Source of the DNA: Escherichia phage ManiMatter_Bas94 | DNA: 64,000 nt | Reading direction: 5' to 3' (one strand) | Sequence record: PQ850617.1 | Part shown: piece after piece, positions 10,353-21,082 of the stretch | Layout: each line of letters opens with the position of its first letter | Numbering within the stretch: position 1 is the stretch's first letter | The notes under the pieces: generated by a model | Told to the model about the DNA's origin: nothing | Database searches by the model: none | The model's input: only the letters and a program-made list of their open reading frames with translations | Position numbers and translations under genes: made by a program

Positions 10353-12497
10353 ATGTCTAGAGAATTAATGCCCAAATCTGGGATAATGATGCCTCATGTG
10401 GTAGTTACTAGAGATGCCGCAGTTGTGGGTGTGTCTACAGTTGATGGCGTGGCAGGTGCTGTTAATTTAACAGATAAATATCTACAAAAGTCTGATGCTG
10501 AAGCAACATATCAAACGAAAGCAGAAGGGGCTACTAAGCAATATGTAACCGATGCTATTAACCCTATTATGACAAATGCTCTGTTTAAAGATGACCCTTT
10601 TGTCAATAATGATACACCTATCCGCTCTGGTGGTGGTAATGGTGTTGAATCAGTGGATATGATTAAAGTTACCCCCGAGAACTCTATCAAACTAGGGAGT
10701 TATGCTTCTTCTGTTCAGGGGGTTGAGATTCACTCTGCTGGTCGTGTTCAGGTTGTTGATCAGAATGATGGTGGGGTAGAAACTAAATACCCTATCTATT
10801 CTAAGCGTTTCCGTCCTGAGATTGAAGATTTACCTTTTGCTGCAATCGGTTCTTATGTTAAGGATTCTCAAGGTCGTACTGTTGGTGTAACCCGTACTGG
10901 TATTAACTCTGATATCAAACAACTCACACAGAAGGTGACTTTCACTCAACCAGTTACTGTTCCTGATGCGGTTGGTGACTATGATGCAGTTACTTTGAGA
11001 CAGCTTCGTAACAGTGGTGGCTCTGGCGGTCCTACCATGAGTGGTATCTCTAACTTTGGTATTGGTGATTTCCACTTACGTGATAGTCGAGCTTTCATCC
11101 CAGCTTTTGAAGTTCCCTCAGATGGTCAGCTTTTAAATCGTGCTGATTATCCTGACCTGTGGGCTTATGCTCAACTATTAACCCCTATTAGTGATTCTCT
11201 TTGGGTAGGAGATATTACCCAAAGAGGTAGATACTCCACAGGCGATGGCACCACCACTTTCCGTGTCCCTGACCGAAATGGTATTCAGCTTAACTCCCTT
11301 GCAGCTCTTTATGGACGAGGTGATGGGGGTGCTTCCGCAGCTAATGGTATGGTTTTTGACTCTGCCGCTCCTAACATCTACGGTGACATTGGTGGTGTTG
11401 TAGCCTATGGTCAGACTGGTGCTATTATGCGAGGTCAGGAAGAAACTGCACTAGCTCCACAACCAGTTACAGGAAACGGTGTATTAAGGGTAAGCTTGGA
11501 TGCTTCCAAATCAAGTCCGATATACGGTCGCAGTAACTCAGAAATCATGGGTCGTAACTTTGTAGGTGTTTGGACTATTCGTGCTCATGGTGGTTTTACT
11601 GCTGCTAACACATCTTGGTCAGTTATTAATAGTGATGCAAACCGTCCTGCTGGTGGAACTCGAGCAACTAGTGGTTCTGTTGTTGCTGAATATAAAATAG
11701 GTTCAGAAGTAGAAGCCTCTACTACGCTCCAAACTGATGCTTATATCGACGGAGCTTATTATGGGATTATCAATGTTTATAATAAAACCAAAGGAGTTAC
11801 CAAGCAATTAGCTTTTGATGATTCTGGAACCCTGAACTCTGATAGGTATGCTGCTCGGTTTGGGACAATGATGGCTTGGAGCCAAACAGGAAGTCGCAGA
11901 GGGACGTTTTCTACAGACAACCAAGGGATCGGTGCTAACTACTCTTTTAACTCTATACTGAGTGCTTCCCAAGCATCCCAAGGTGGATACAAAACTACTA
12001 CCCATGTAGGGATGATTCACAACGATGCTGGAACTTTTGCTGATTCTTGTTGGCACGTAGCTGGGGATGAAGACAACAAATATGGTTGTCGTTTAACTCT
12101 TCGACCAAACAGAAATGAGCTTTTCTATTACACTTGGCAGCCTGGCGCATCAGGAGTTTACACTCTTGCTATGAATCCTGTGTCAGATGAAAGGTTGAAA
12201 CACAACATTCAAGATCTCTCGCCTGATGAAGCAATTCGTGCGATTAAAGGTTTGGATTTCAAATCGTTTGTATATAACAACGACGAACAAGGAAGAACTC
12301 GTCGTGGTGTTATCGCACAGCAAGCAGAAAAGGTAGAACCTCTTTATGTTAAGACTCGTAGGTTCCATGACAACGACGGCGTAGAGCAAGAACAGAAAGA
12401 GCTGGACTCAGCTCCTATGCTCCTCGATACTATGCAAGTTGTTCAAGACCTGTTGAAACGTATTGAAGTTCTAGAAGCGAAGTTAGCAGAGAAGTGA
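10353..12497 (+). CDS. Tail fibre/spike with C-terminal intramolecular chaperone (peptidase S74-like) domain
   Basis: 714 aa; fibre motif DAVTLRQL; C-terminal ...SDERLKHNIQDL...coiled coil, resembling self-cleaving chaperone domains of fibres/endosialidases. Confidence 0.65.
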   Translation: MSRELMPKSGIMMPHVVVTRDAAVVGVSTVDGVAGAVNLTDKYLQKSDAEATYQTKAEGATKQYVTDAINPIMTNALFKDDPFVNNDTPIRSGGGNGVESVDMIKVTPENSIKLGSYASSVQGVEIHSAGRVQVVDQNDGGVETKYPIYSKRFRPEIEDLPFAAIGSYVKDSQGRTVGVTRTGINSDIKQLTQKVTFTQPVTVPDAVGDYDAVTLRQLRNSGGSGGPTMSGISNFGIGDFHLRDSRAFIPAFEVPSDGQLLNRADYPDLWAYAQLLTPISDSLWVGDITQRGRYSTGDGTTTFRVPDRNGIQLNSLAALYGRGDGGASAANGMVFDSAAPNIYGDIGGVVAYGQTGAIMRGQEETALAPQPVTGNGVLRVSLDASKSSPIYGRSNSEIMGRNFVGVWTIRAHGGFTAANTSWSVINSDANRPAGGTRATSGSVVAEYKIGSEVEASTTLQTDAYIDGAYYGIINVYNKTKGVTKQLAFDDSGTLNSDRYAARFGTMMAWSQTGSRRGTFSTDNQGIGANYSFNSILSASQASQGGYKTTTHVGMIHNDAGTFADSCWHVAGDEDNKYGCRLTLRPNRNELFYYTWQPGASGVYTLAMNPVSDERLKHNIQDLSPDEAIRAIKGLDFKSFVYNNDEQGRTRRGVIAQQAEKVEPLYVKTRRFHDNDGVEQEQKELDSAPMLLDTMQVVQDLLKRIEVLEAKLAEK

Positions 12498-12500
12498 GAT

Positions 12501-12520
12501 AAGCCCCTTCGGGGGCTTTA
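12501..12520 (+). terminator. Stem-loop after tail fibre gene
   Basis: AAGCCCC-TTCG-GGGGCTT hairpin; weak U-tract. Confidence 0.4.
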
Positions 12521-12589
12521 GTAGTAAGTACCCTTAGTAAGTAATGAAACTAATATATCCCAAGAGGTTAATATATAGGAGACACTCAA

Positions 12590-12808
12590 ATGAAAATGAT
12601 GAAACAAGCTGCATATGGTTTAGTTTGTTTAGGTGCAGGTGTTGTGGTGTCAACCGCAGTTCCTGTAGGCGCAGTTCTTCCATTAGTAACTGTCCCTGCT
12701 CCAGTAGAGAAACTTAGTTCTCAATGTAAGCAGCGAACCATTCAAAATAATCTAGTTGTTATTTGTCCTGATGCTGAATCTAACGCTCTGAGAAAGATAC
12801 TACCTTAA
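12590..12808 (+). CDS. Small membrane/secreted protein (holin candidate)
   Basis: 72 aa, basic N-terminus then about 30 hydrophobic residues; directly upstream of endolysin. Confidence 0.3.
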   Translation: MKMMKQAAYGLVCLGAGVVVSTAVPVGAVLPLVTVPAPVEKLSSQCKQRTIQNNLVVICPDAESNALRKILP

Positions 12809-12837
12809 TTTAAAGGGACCACAAAAGGAGGTTAGAA

Positions 12838-13329
12838 ATGGATAACGCCGCATTGCCACCTGTACAACTAAACTTAAGTCCAGCTGGAATGGAATTCATC
12901 ATGAAGCATGAGGGTATGAGAACCAAGGCTTATAAAGATTCCGCAGGTATCTGGACGATATGTGTAGGGGCTACGCGCGATATGAATGGTTATCCGGTTA
13001 GACAAGGATTAACGTATTCTATAGAGGATTGTCTAGCTCTGCTAGATAGAGACACACAAGACTCTGTTCGTGCTACTCAGAAGAACATAAAGGTTCCTTT
13101 ACTAGTTCATGAGTTTGATGCACTCACTTCTTTCAGCTTCAATGTTGGCAGTGGTGCTTTGAGCACATCTAAGTTAAGGAAGGTTATCAATGGAGAGGTC
13201 AAAGGTGATGTATACTCAGAGTTTCTTCGTTGGGATAAAATTACGGTGAATGGAGAGAAGCAGAGGAGTCAGGGTCTTCATAACAGAAGGGTTGCAGAAG
13301 CTGATCTTTACACCGAAGGTAAATATTAA
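12838..13329 (+). CDS. Endolysin, T4-type lysozyme (GH24)
   Basis: 163 aa; MKHEGMRTKAYKDSAGIWTICVGAT matches the E...D...T lysozyme N-terminal signature. Confidence 0.8.
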   Translation: MDNAALPPVQLNLSPAGMEFIMKHEGMRTKAYKDSAGIWTICVGATRDMNGYPVRQGLTYSIEDCLALLDRDTQDSVRATQKNIKVPLLVHEFDALTSFSFNVGSGALSTSKLRKVINGEVKGDVYSEFLRWDKITVNGEKQRSQGLHNRRVAEADLYTEGKY

Positions 13330-13341
13330 TGGAGGTGCCTT

Positions 13342-14145
13342 TTGGCTATCGAAACTAATGCGGTAGTTGTTACCGATTTAAACCCGCTCTATCCTAGAGA
13401 CAGGGATTACATCTACGAAGGGGCGGCTCAAATCCGCCTCATTAAACAAACATTACAGAACACATTCCCAAATGTTACAGAGCCAGTTCAGTTGGACTCA
13501 GATTCTCTCAATATTCTGGCTAGCAAAGTTACCTTTACTGGTGACTCTATGGATGTTGGTGGGTTGATGATCAAGAATGCCACTCCGGGTACAGGTGATA
13601 GCGATGTTGTCACTAAAGGCCAGATGGAAGCTTTCATGCAGAACTGGATGGCTAATAAACTTTACAGGATTGGCTCTTACTATATCACTGAAGAAGATAT
13701 TAACCCCGGTGATAGTTCTTCTCTTGGTTTTGGCTCTTGGGCTAAAGTGACTGGTGTTATCATGGGTACTGGTGTAGTAAACCCTGATGGCTCTGTTCCT
13801 AATGCTCAGAGGGTTGAATTCCAAGCAGGTGGTACTGGTGGTCGTGTATTCAATACCATTCGTACAGAGAACATACCTTTGATGACAGTTAATGGCTCCA
13901 GCTTCTCTTTATCCAGCAACACCCACAGTCACAACATGGTATTTGGTCGTGGAGATGCTAGCGGTCATAACAGCTCACCTAATTGGTATAGTCCGGGTGG
14001 TGGTTACAGTCAGAGAACGGAGAATGATACACACTCTCATACAATCTCTGGTAGTGTGAGTCTTGGTCGTGACGATATCTCTCGTCAACCTATCAACACT
14101 TTGCCACCATTCAGAGCGGCTCACATTTGGAGACGTATTAGCTAA
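13342..14145 (+). CDS. Tail fibre protein (TTG start)
   Basis: 267 aa; GGAGGTG RBS 5 nt before TTG; fibre-like motif DSDVVTKGQM. Confidence 0.5.
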   Translation: MAIETNAVVVTDLNPLYPRDRDYIYEGAAQIRLIKQTLQNTFPNVTEPVQLDSDSLNILASKVTFTGDSMDVGGLMIKNATPGTGDSDVVTKGQMEAFMQNWMANKLYRIGSYYITEEDINPGDSSSLGFGSWAKVTGVIMGTGVVNPDGSVPNAQRVEFQAGGTGGRVFNTIRTENIPLMTVNGSSFSLSSNTHSHNMVFGRGDASGHNSSPNWYSPGGGYSQRTENDTHSHTISGSVSLGRDDISRQPINTLPPFRAAHIWRRIS

Positions 14146-14154
14146 GGAGGAATT

Positions 14155-17100
14155 ATGGCGCTGTATCCAATAAAGTCACTAGGTGCTGTAGGCGTTATCG
14201 CTGATCAGGCTCCGACAGACTTAGCTCCTAATGCTTTCACTAATGCTATAAATGCTCGATTTGTTGAGCAGAGAGTGTTTAAGACGGGGGGCAATGCCCC
14301 TCTTTCTTATGTAGATGAAGATAAGGATTTAACCCCTCTGTCTTTCGTGTCTATGCCTTTCGATTATTATAGCGCAGGTAATAGCTTTCTTGTTGTAGGT
14401 ACGAATAAGAAGTTATATAAACTGACAGATGAAAGCTTGACTGACATTAGCCGTAAGGTTGCTACAGTCACTAAGAAGGCTTCTGCCTCAATTAAGATCT
14501 ATCCAGTTGTTTCTCAAATCGTTCCTAAAGAATCAACTATTTCAATGAACTTCAATCAGACTAAGAATCTAGAAGTTTCTCTTCTTCCTGCTGATGCTAA
14601 CAATACCGACCTTGTTTGGGAGGTTAGTAATTCAACCTATGGAAGTATTGCAGTAGACCCTAATGATTCTAAACTTGCTACTCTAACATCTTTTGAGAGA
14701 GAGGGGAATCTTGTAGTAACCATCTCTACTGCTGATGATTCTGTAGTGGCTCAGATTGCTGTGAACATTATAGATGGTGATTCGGGAATCTTCTTGAGTC
14801 AGGACACTGTTACTATCCGTAAAGGAGGGACTACCACTCTTACGGCTGTTACTGGTAAAACCCCTGTTACTTGGTCTAGCAGTAATGCTTCTATTGTATC
14901 CGTAACCCCTAACGCTAATTCTCTAACTGCTGTTATTACTGCTAATGGTGAGGGCAACGTAACAATCACTGCCGATAATGGAACGAAGACTGCTTCTTGT
15001 GAGGTTGTTTCTATACCTCAGATTGATAGCATCTCTTTAAGCCAGTCGGATGTTATTGTAAGCAGAGGTTCTCAGTACATCTTAACTGCTACCCTTTCTC
15101 CTGCTGATGCCCCTAATCAAAACATTACTTGGACCTCTTCTAATCCAAATATTGCAACAGTATCAGGGACTAGTACACAAGGGACGATCAATGCCTTACT
15201 TGCTGGATTTACTGAGATTACGGCTACCACTGAAGAAGGTAACAGAGTTGCTGTCTGTACTGTACGAGTAGATTTAGCTGGAAGGGCGATGAGAACAAGT
15301 GCTATGGCATTTGCTGCACCTGCATCAGAACCAATTGAATCACAAGAGGAAGAAGTAGTAACTTCTCCTGAAAGTGAAGAGACGGTTTATTTTGCTGATC
15401 CTGTGTCTGGTATCGATACGTCAGGGATGTATGAAGGTAATAACTTCTACGACTACTCTAACGTGAACGACATTGAAGGTTTTGCAAGAGCTTCTTTACT
15501 AGAAACCCCTTTGTCATCCGTAACCTTGGATGTTGTCAGTGCTTCTCTTGATGTTGGTGAGGAAATAGTTATTACAGCTACAGCTTCTCCAGAAGGTGAG
15601 TATTCCTATCAGTGGTCTGTCGATAAGACTGGTTATGTTTCTACAACTTCAGTTACTGGTAAATCTATCAAACTGGTTGCTCTTCGTAAAGGAGAGATTA
15701 ACGTAACATGTACTGTCAGTCAGATGACTCAGAAAGATTACGATGCTTTTGATGATTACCCTTGGTATCACGCTGTTATCTCTAACTGTGCAGTTGCTAC
15801 AACTCACTATGAAACTCCTCAGGTAAAAGAGTTCGAATCAGAATACTTTGTAGACCTTCCGGGGTGGGGTGAGCAAACAGTTGTTGATAGTGATGGAAAC
15901 CCTTCAGTCAAAAAGTTTAACTGGAAATGTGAGAGAGTAAGATCTTTTAACAACCGTCTTTTTGCTCTGAATATGAGAGAGGCTAATGCTTCTGGTGTTA
16001 CCACTAACTACCCTCTTCGTCTTCGTTGGTCTAATTTTGCCAACGAGAACAAAGCTCCTACTTTATGGGATGACTTTGCCTATGATCGAGTTGTGTCTTC
16101 GGACTTGGCTTCTAACATCGTAGGACAGACTCAGGCTTTAGAAAATGGATATGCTGGTTACATCGACTTAGCTGACTCTAACGGCAGCTTGATTGATATC
16201 CTACCTCTTAAAGATTACTTGTTCGTTTATACAGAGTTTGAAACGTACATTGGTTCTCCAACTAATAACACGTACCAACCTCTGATGTTCAAGAAACTCT
16301 TTAACGATTCCGGTATCCTTGCTCCTGAGTGTGTAGTAGAAGTTGAAGGTAGTCATTTCGTAGTTACTCAGAACGATGTAATCTTACACAATGGTGCAAC
16401 TAAGAAGTCAATCGCTTCTAACCGTGTTAAGAATATGCTAATTAATGAAATATGTCTGGTTAACCCTTTAGCTACTCGAGTACATTTGCATCAGGATAAG
16501 AAAGAAGTTTGGATTCTGTACGTAGGTCCGGGAGAACCAAAAGAAAGCTTCGCTTGTACTAAAGCTGCTGTATGGAACTACGAGTTTGATACTTGGTCCT
16601 TCCGTACTATTCCTTATGCTCAGTGTATCGGTCTAGTTGACCCTCCTGTTTTAGAGAGAGGTCCAATCTGGTCTGACTTCCAAGAGATCACTTGGGATGA
16701 CCAATCTATCAAAGAACTCGTTTGGAGAAAGGATGCAACAAACTTTAGACAGAGGGTTACGATAGTAGGTTCGTTCTTGAGGGGGTTCTATCAAGTGGAT
16801 GTAGGTGCTCTTGATTATTTCTATGATAGGCTTAATGATAAGATTATAGAAAAACCACTGGAGATGAGGTTAGAGAGAACTGGCATTGATTTTGATAACA
16901 TCACTAATGAGTGGAATCAAAAGCATATCAATAGGTTCAGACCTCAGACGACAGGTTCTGGTACGTATACTTTTGAGGCGGGTGGTAGTCAATTCTCTAA
17001 CGAGTATGGTCATCCACATACATCCAAGACGTATACGATTGGTGTTGATAGGCATGTCTCGGTGAGACTGAACCATCCATACCTTTTCTATAATGTTATA

Positions 17101-17172
17101 GATAATGATGTTAACAGCAATGCTGCTATCAATGGATTAACGATAGAGTTTGCTGTTGGCGGGCGGAGATAA
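14155..17172 (+). CDS. Large tail protein with Ig-like (Big_2) repeats
   Basis: 1005 aa; several Thr/Ser-rich Ig-like segments (VTWSSSNASIVSVTP..., ITWTSSNPNIATVSG...) and a large C-terminal domain. Confidence 0.55.
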   Translation: MALYPIKSLGAVGVIADQAPTDLAPNAFTNAINARFVEQRVFKTGGNAPLSYVDEDKDLTPLSFVSMPFDYYSAGNSFLVVGTNKKLYKLTDESLTDISRKVATVTKKASASIKIYPVVSQIVPKESTISMNFNQTKNLEVSLLPADANNTDLVWEVSNSTYGSIAVDPNDSKLATLTSFEREGNLVVTISTADDSVVAQIAVNIIDGDSGIFLSQDTVTIRKGGTTTLTAVTGKTPVTWSSSNASIVSVTPNANSLTAVITANGEGNVTITADNGTKTASCEVVSIPQIDSISLSQSDVIVSRGSQYILTATLSPADAPNQNITWTSSNPNIATVSGTSTQGTINALLAGFTEITATTEEGNRVAVCTVRVDLAGRAMRTSAMAFAAPASEPIESQEEEVVTSPESEETVYFADPVSGIDTSGMYEGNNFYDYSNVNDIEGFARASLLETPLSSVTLDVVSASLDVGEEIVITATASPEGEYSYQWSVDKTGYVSTTSVTGKSIKLVALRKGEINVTCTVSQMTQKDYDAFDDYPWYHAVISNCAVATTHYETPQVKEFESEYFVDLPGWGEQTVVDSDGNPSVKKFNWKCERVRSFNNRLFALNMREANASGVTTNYPLRLRWSNFANENKAPTLWDDFAYDRVVSSDLASNIVGQTQALENGYAGYIDLADSNGSLIDILPLKDYLFVYTEFETYIGSPTNNTYQPLMFKKLFNDSGILAPECVVEVEGSHFVVTQNDVILHNGATKKSIASNRVKNMLINEICLVNPLATRVHLHQDKKEVWILYVGPGEPKESFACTKAAVWNYEFDTWSFRTIPYAQCIGLVDPPVLERGPIWSDFQEITWDDQSIKELVWRKDATNFRQRVTIVGSFLRGFYQVDVGALDYFYDRLNDKIIEKPLEMRLERTGIDFDNITNEWNQKHINRFRPQTTGSGTYTFEAGGSQFSNEYGHPHTSKTYTIGVDRHVSVRLNHPYLFYNVIDNDVNSNAAINGLTIEFAVGGRR

Positions 17173-17176
17173 CAAC

Positions 17177-17206
17177 AAGGGGCTTCGTGCCCCTTTTATT
17201 GTTTTT
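17177..17206 (+). terminator. Rho-independent terminator
   Basis: GGGGC-TTCGT-GCCCC hairpin followed by TTTTATTGTTTTT. Confidence 0.6.
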
Positions 17207-17216
17207 GGAGGAACTT

Positions 17217-18185
17217 ATGGGTGCAGGTGGTTTTCGTAAGAACACTGGTCGCAATAACACCACACTCCCGTACAACGTTGGGTTTCTCAATAATGTACAG
17301 GACACAGAAACTTATAACGTAGCTGTTTATGATGAACTACAGAAAGTCAGCACAGCTACTAACCAAATGTTCCAAGCTATAGATGAAATTCACGAAGAGA
17401 TTGACGTTCGTATCAAAGCTCTTCATGCGATGAATCTACAATTTGATGAGCTTGAGAATAGAATTACTACAGAGATAGAGACAGCTATTGCCGATATCCA
17501 AACACAGATGGGGAATCTCTCCACTGAAGATATTTGGGATAATTCTGTTCAACCTCCTGTAAAATTAGAAAGCACTGTATCTGGCTTTAAGACGAGTATT
17601 GAAGGTAACACGACTAAGATTCAAACGGTAGAAGGTATTGTCAACGACCAAGGTCAAGAGATTGCTTTAGTTCAGACAGAGATTCAAAACATTAATGGAA
17701 GCCTATCTCAGTATATGAAGCTCTCTGAGTATGAAGCTACGTGGGGTGTTAACTCTTCTGTTAATGGTCAGTACGCTGGAGTTAAGCTAACTAACAATGG
17801 AACAAACAGTCAATTCCAAGTAACCGCTAACAAGTTTGTTGTCGGTGATGGTACGACAGGGAATACACCATTTGTGTTTGAGAATGGAAGAGCTAGGATG
17901 GAGTTCGCTGATATAAAGAACGTCAACATCACAACAGCTCAGGTTGCCAACGCTAGGATTCAGTGGGCACAGATTGATAACGTATCCATCTCCAACGCCC
18001 AAATTCAGAACTTGTCAGCGGATAAAATCACTGCTGGTTCTATGTGGGGTTCTAACTGGAGACTTACTGTTGGGGGTGACTTTGTTATGGGCGGCACAGG
18101 TGGGGCACAATTGTGGATGAATGGGAACAGGATAGACTTCTATGATGGAAGTGGTGCTCTGAGAATTAGGATAGGGAGTTGGTGA
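17217..18185 (+). CDS. Tail fibre-like protein
   Basis: Start moved to ATG 17217 (GGAGG RBS, downstream of terminator) instead of track start 17187; repeats of NxxIxNAQI type. Confidence 0.45.
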   Translation: MGAGGFRKNTGRNNTTLPYNVGFLNNVQDTETYNVAVYDELQKVSTATNQMFQAIDEIHEEIDVRIKALHAMNLQFDELENRITTEIETAIADIQTQMGNLSTEDIWDNSVQPPVKLESTVSGFKTSIEGNTTKIQTVEGIVNDQGQEIALVQTEIQNINGSLSQYMKLSEYEATWGVNSSVNGQYAGVKLTNNGTNSQFQVTANKFVVGDGTTGNTPFVFENGRARMEFADIKNVNITTAQVANARIQWAQIDNVSISNAQIQNLSADKITAGSMWGSNWRLTVGGDFVMGGTGGAQLWMNGNRIDFYDGSGALRIRIGSW

Positions 18186-18186
18186 T

Positions 18187-19206
18187 ATGGCATATGGAAT
18201 ATGGTGTCAACCGGTAGGTCCGGGGCCAGCCGCCCCTGCCTCTCTTTTTATAGATAGTAATTTAACATTTCCACAATATCTAGGAGCATACAATATATCT
18301 CCTTCGTGGAGTGCTAGAAATGCTTCTTTTAACGTAGGCTCTTTTGATGGTCAAGGTGAGTTATTAATTGTCCCGACTAGTAGACTTATTCAAGATTATT
18401 ATGTAGGGACAGATTTAATGCCTAGTTTTAGTTATGTAACAGGTATAGGGACTTCTGGACAAACAGTAAATATTAACATAGAGCCTGCTGGAGCTAGTGG
18501 TAACAATAACAGAAACTTCCCAATGTCTTTCCAAGCATATAAACTCTGGCCTAGAGGTAATAGAAGCTACGGAATAACTTTCTCAAACTCAGCAGATTTC
18601 TTTTCTATCTCTGATAGTGGGGTTGTTGGTCAGTGTGTTTGGGCGTACAGAGGGGCTGTAGGAGACGGTTTTACTGTCCCTAATGCTGGCCCCAACGCTC
18701 TAGTATTTGCCAACTGGAATCAGGGTGGGGTGTGTGCTTCTTACAACGCAAGCAACGGTCAAATGATCATAACCCACGATAGATCAAACCAGTCTGGCAG
18801 TAACAGAGGTGCAGTAATATATGATATGAGAATTGCTGTTTTTGCTAGTGGTGTGGGTGTACCAGAACATAATGGAGGTCTGAATATATACTCTCCCGGA
18901 ACTACAACTTGTGTATTCTCTACTTACAGGACTCCGTTTGCTATCAGCAGGTTCTTCCCATCTAGTGGGGGTTATACAGGTCTAGGCATTCCTATGATGT
19001 GTATGAATGTCACTAATGGAGCCATAACAGCGCAAGGTGGTGGATGGATGTGGGTTCATGAAAGATCTCATACAATGAGTGGTACGTCAGTAGGAACAGG
19101 CTTTGGCCCACTCGTGGCTAACTGGACTGACCGATACCCAATCAACGTTAACATAAACCTAGGATTCAATTACCCAATGTTGGAAGGTTCTTTAATTTAT
19201 GCATAA
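18187..19206 (+). CDS. Virion protein (hypothetical)
   Basis: 339-aa ORF translationally coupled to previous gene. Confidence 0.35.
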   Translation: MAYGIWCQPVGPGPAAPASLFIDSNLTFPQYLGAYNISPSWSARNASFNVGSFDGQGELLIVPTSRLIQDYYVGTDLMPSFSYVTGIGTSGQTVNINIEPAGASGNNNRNFPMSFQAYKLWPRGNRSYGITFSNSADFFSISDSGVVGQCVWAYRGAVGDGFTVPNAGPNALVFANWNQGGVCASYNASNGQMIITHDRSNQSGSNRGAVIYDMRIAVFASGVGVPEHNGGLNIYSPGTTTCVFSTYRTPFAISRFFPSSGGYTGLGIPMMCMNVTNGAITAQGGGWMWVHERSHTMSGTSVGTGFGPLVANWTDRYPINVNINLGFNYPMLEGSLIYA

Positions 19207-19215
19207 GGAGATATT

Positions 19216-19998
19216 ATGGCAATTAGAATGGGTATCGAAGAACTAGACCCAATGGTGCAACAGGCTTCAAAGAAGTATGGAATACCAGCTGCTTTGATTC
19301 ATGCTGTAATCCAAAGGGAGTCTAGCGGTCGTCCTACGGTGGCCTCCGGAACTGGTCCTGTAGGTTTAATGCAGATCAGTAAAGGAGTAGCCAAAGATTA
19401 TGGTTACAAACTAGAAGATAGACTTGACCCGGCAAAGAACATTGATATGGGTGCTCGTTACATCAGAGACAATCTGAAAGCTTTTAATGGTGATGTTAAG
19501 AAAGCGATGGTTGGTTATTCAGAAGGTATTAGTGGTGCTAAGCAGATGTTCGCTGGTAAAAGAGGTTTTACTTCTCAGGCTCTTGACTCAATGAATAACA
19601 AACACTTTCTCCCTTTCTATGGTGACGCATCTTCTCAGATTGCTAACCCTATTGGAGCTTTACAAGCTGTTCAGCCCGTCAACCAGTTCAGTTCGGACTA
19701 TTTAGACAGAGAGAAGGCTGCACAAGCTCCAACTCAGGCAGAGATTGCTGTTTCTAAGACAGGTGCTTTAGGTGGTAATCCTGTAGAGTTTTACTCTGAT
19801 GAAGTGCAGGAAGGTGAAGACCAGAAGCCCCAACAGAACTTTGGTAATGCAGTATTAGGGGTGGCTGCTATGCTTGCTGGTAAACCTCCTACCTCTCAAA
19901 CAGTTCAGAGGGCAAGTGCACCTCATGCAGCAGGTTCTCAGTACAGCCCACAAACACAAGCAGTGCTTAGACGTCTGGCTAGCATTGGTGTTAAGTAA
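19216..19998 (+). CDS. Lytic transglycosylase (SLT domain) virion protein
   Basis: 260 aa; QRESSGRPTVASGTGPVGLMQI matches the SLT catalytic-Glu motif. Confidence 0.75.
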   Translation: MAIRMGIEELDPMVQQASKKYGIPAALIHAVIQRESSGRPTVASGTGPVGLMQISKGVAKDYGYKLEDRLDPAKNIDMGARYIRDNLKAFNGDVKKAMVGYSEGISGAKQMFAGKRGFTSQALDSMNNKHFLPFYGDASSQIANPIGALQAVQPVNQFSSDYLDREKAAQAPTQAEIAVSKTGALGGNPVEFYSDEVQEGEDQKPQQNFGNAVLGVAAMLAGKPPTSQTVQRASAPHAAGSQYSPQTQAVLRRLASIGVK

Positions 19999-20017
19999 TA
20001 ATCGTTAAGGAGGACTT

Positions 20018-21070
20018 ATGTCTTTATTTGGAAAATCAGCTTCTAGCAAAACCACAGTGGCTCCTTCCTCTCAGGTTGATGCCCTGCTGAAGCAGATTGT
20101 TGCTAATGCTCAGAATATGCAGAACAACGATCAGGGATTCATTTCCCAACAGCTGGCTGGGTTTAATGGCAACCAACAAGGTGCTCTGAACAACTTAGCA
20201 GCTTCTACTACTCAAAAGCAATTGGCTGATATGTACACACCTCGTACACAGCAAGGGCTAGACCAACTGAATTCTCTTGCCCAGCAGTATCAGAATATTG
20301 TTAATGGTGGTGGCCTGACTGCTGACGGTGTTAATAACTTTAGTAGAGGTTTAAACAACTCAGCTCTTGCTCAAGCTACCAGTAAAGCAGCTTCCAATGT
20401 ATCTCTTGGAAATGGTTCTGACTCAGGCTCTCTTCGTAGAGCTGCTGCTCAGGGTGCTGCTCTTAATGGTGCTAATACAAACCTCTCTCGTACCATCAAT
20501 GGTAAGAACATGGGAATTAGTGCTCTTCAACAAGATCAAAACTTCCAGAGGGGTTTGCTTGGTGCTCAGTCTGGTTTAGCTGGACAGAACCTCAATCTCG
20601 GTGCACAAGGTGTTCAGGCAACTCAGCAAGCTATCCAGAATCAACTCATGGCTGGTAATTTACAACAGCAACAAGCTCAAGCTCAAGCAGATATCAATTG
20701 GCAGAATGCTATTGGTTCTCGGCAGTATGGGTGGAATCAGCTTAACAATCAGCTTAATGTACTAAACAGTGTAAGCCCGATGGCTGGATATACGATTAAG
20801 AATGCTGCTCCGGGTATTAGTACAGGACAACAGCTCCTAGGTGCTGGTATTACTGGTTTAGGTATTGCAGGTCGTTTGGGTGCTTTCTCTCCTGACCAAC
20901 AGACTCAGAATGCTTGGAGTTCCTATAACAATTCAGGCGGGCAATCTGGAATGGCTGGTCCTATGATTGGGGGTTCTAATCTTTCTCAACAGAAAGGTCA
21001 GTCTAACTGGTTATCCACAATGGGTAATAATATCTTAGGTGGTGTCTTAGGGGCATTCGGAGCAAACTAA
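20018..21070 (+). CDS. Gln/Asn/Gly-rich internal virion protein
   Basis: 350 aa, low complexity Q/N-rich with C-terminal Gly-zipper-like hydrophobic tail. Confidence 0.45.
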   Translation: MSLFGKSASSKTTVAPSSQVDALLKQIVANAQNMQNNDQGFISQQLAGFNGNQQGALNNLAASTTQKQLADMYTPRTQQGLDQLNSLAQQYQNIVNGGGLTADGVNNFSRGLNNSALAQATSKAASNVSLGNGSDSGSLRRAAAQGAALNGANTNLSRTINGKNMGISALQQDQNFQRGLLGAQSGLAGQNLNLGAQGVQATQQAIQNQLMAGNLQQQQAQAQADINWQNAIGSRQYGWNQLNNQLNVLNSVSPMAGYTIKNAAPGISTGQQLLGAGITGLGIAGRLGAFSPDQQTQNAWSSYNNSGGQSGMAGPMIGGSNLSQQKGQSNWLSTMGNNILGGVLGAFGAN

Positions 21071-21082
21071 AGGAGATTTGAT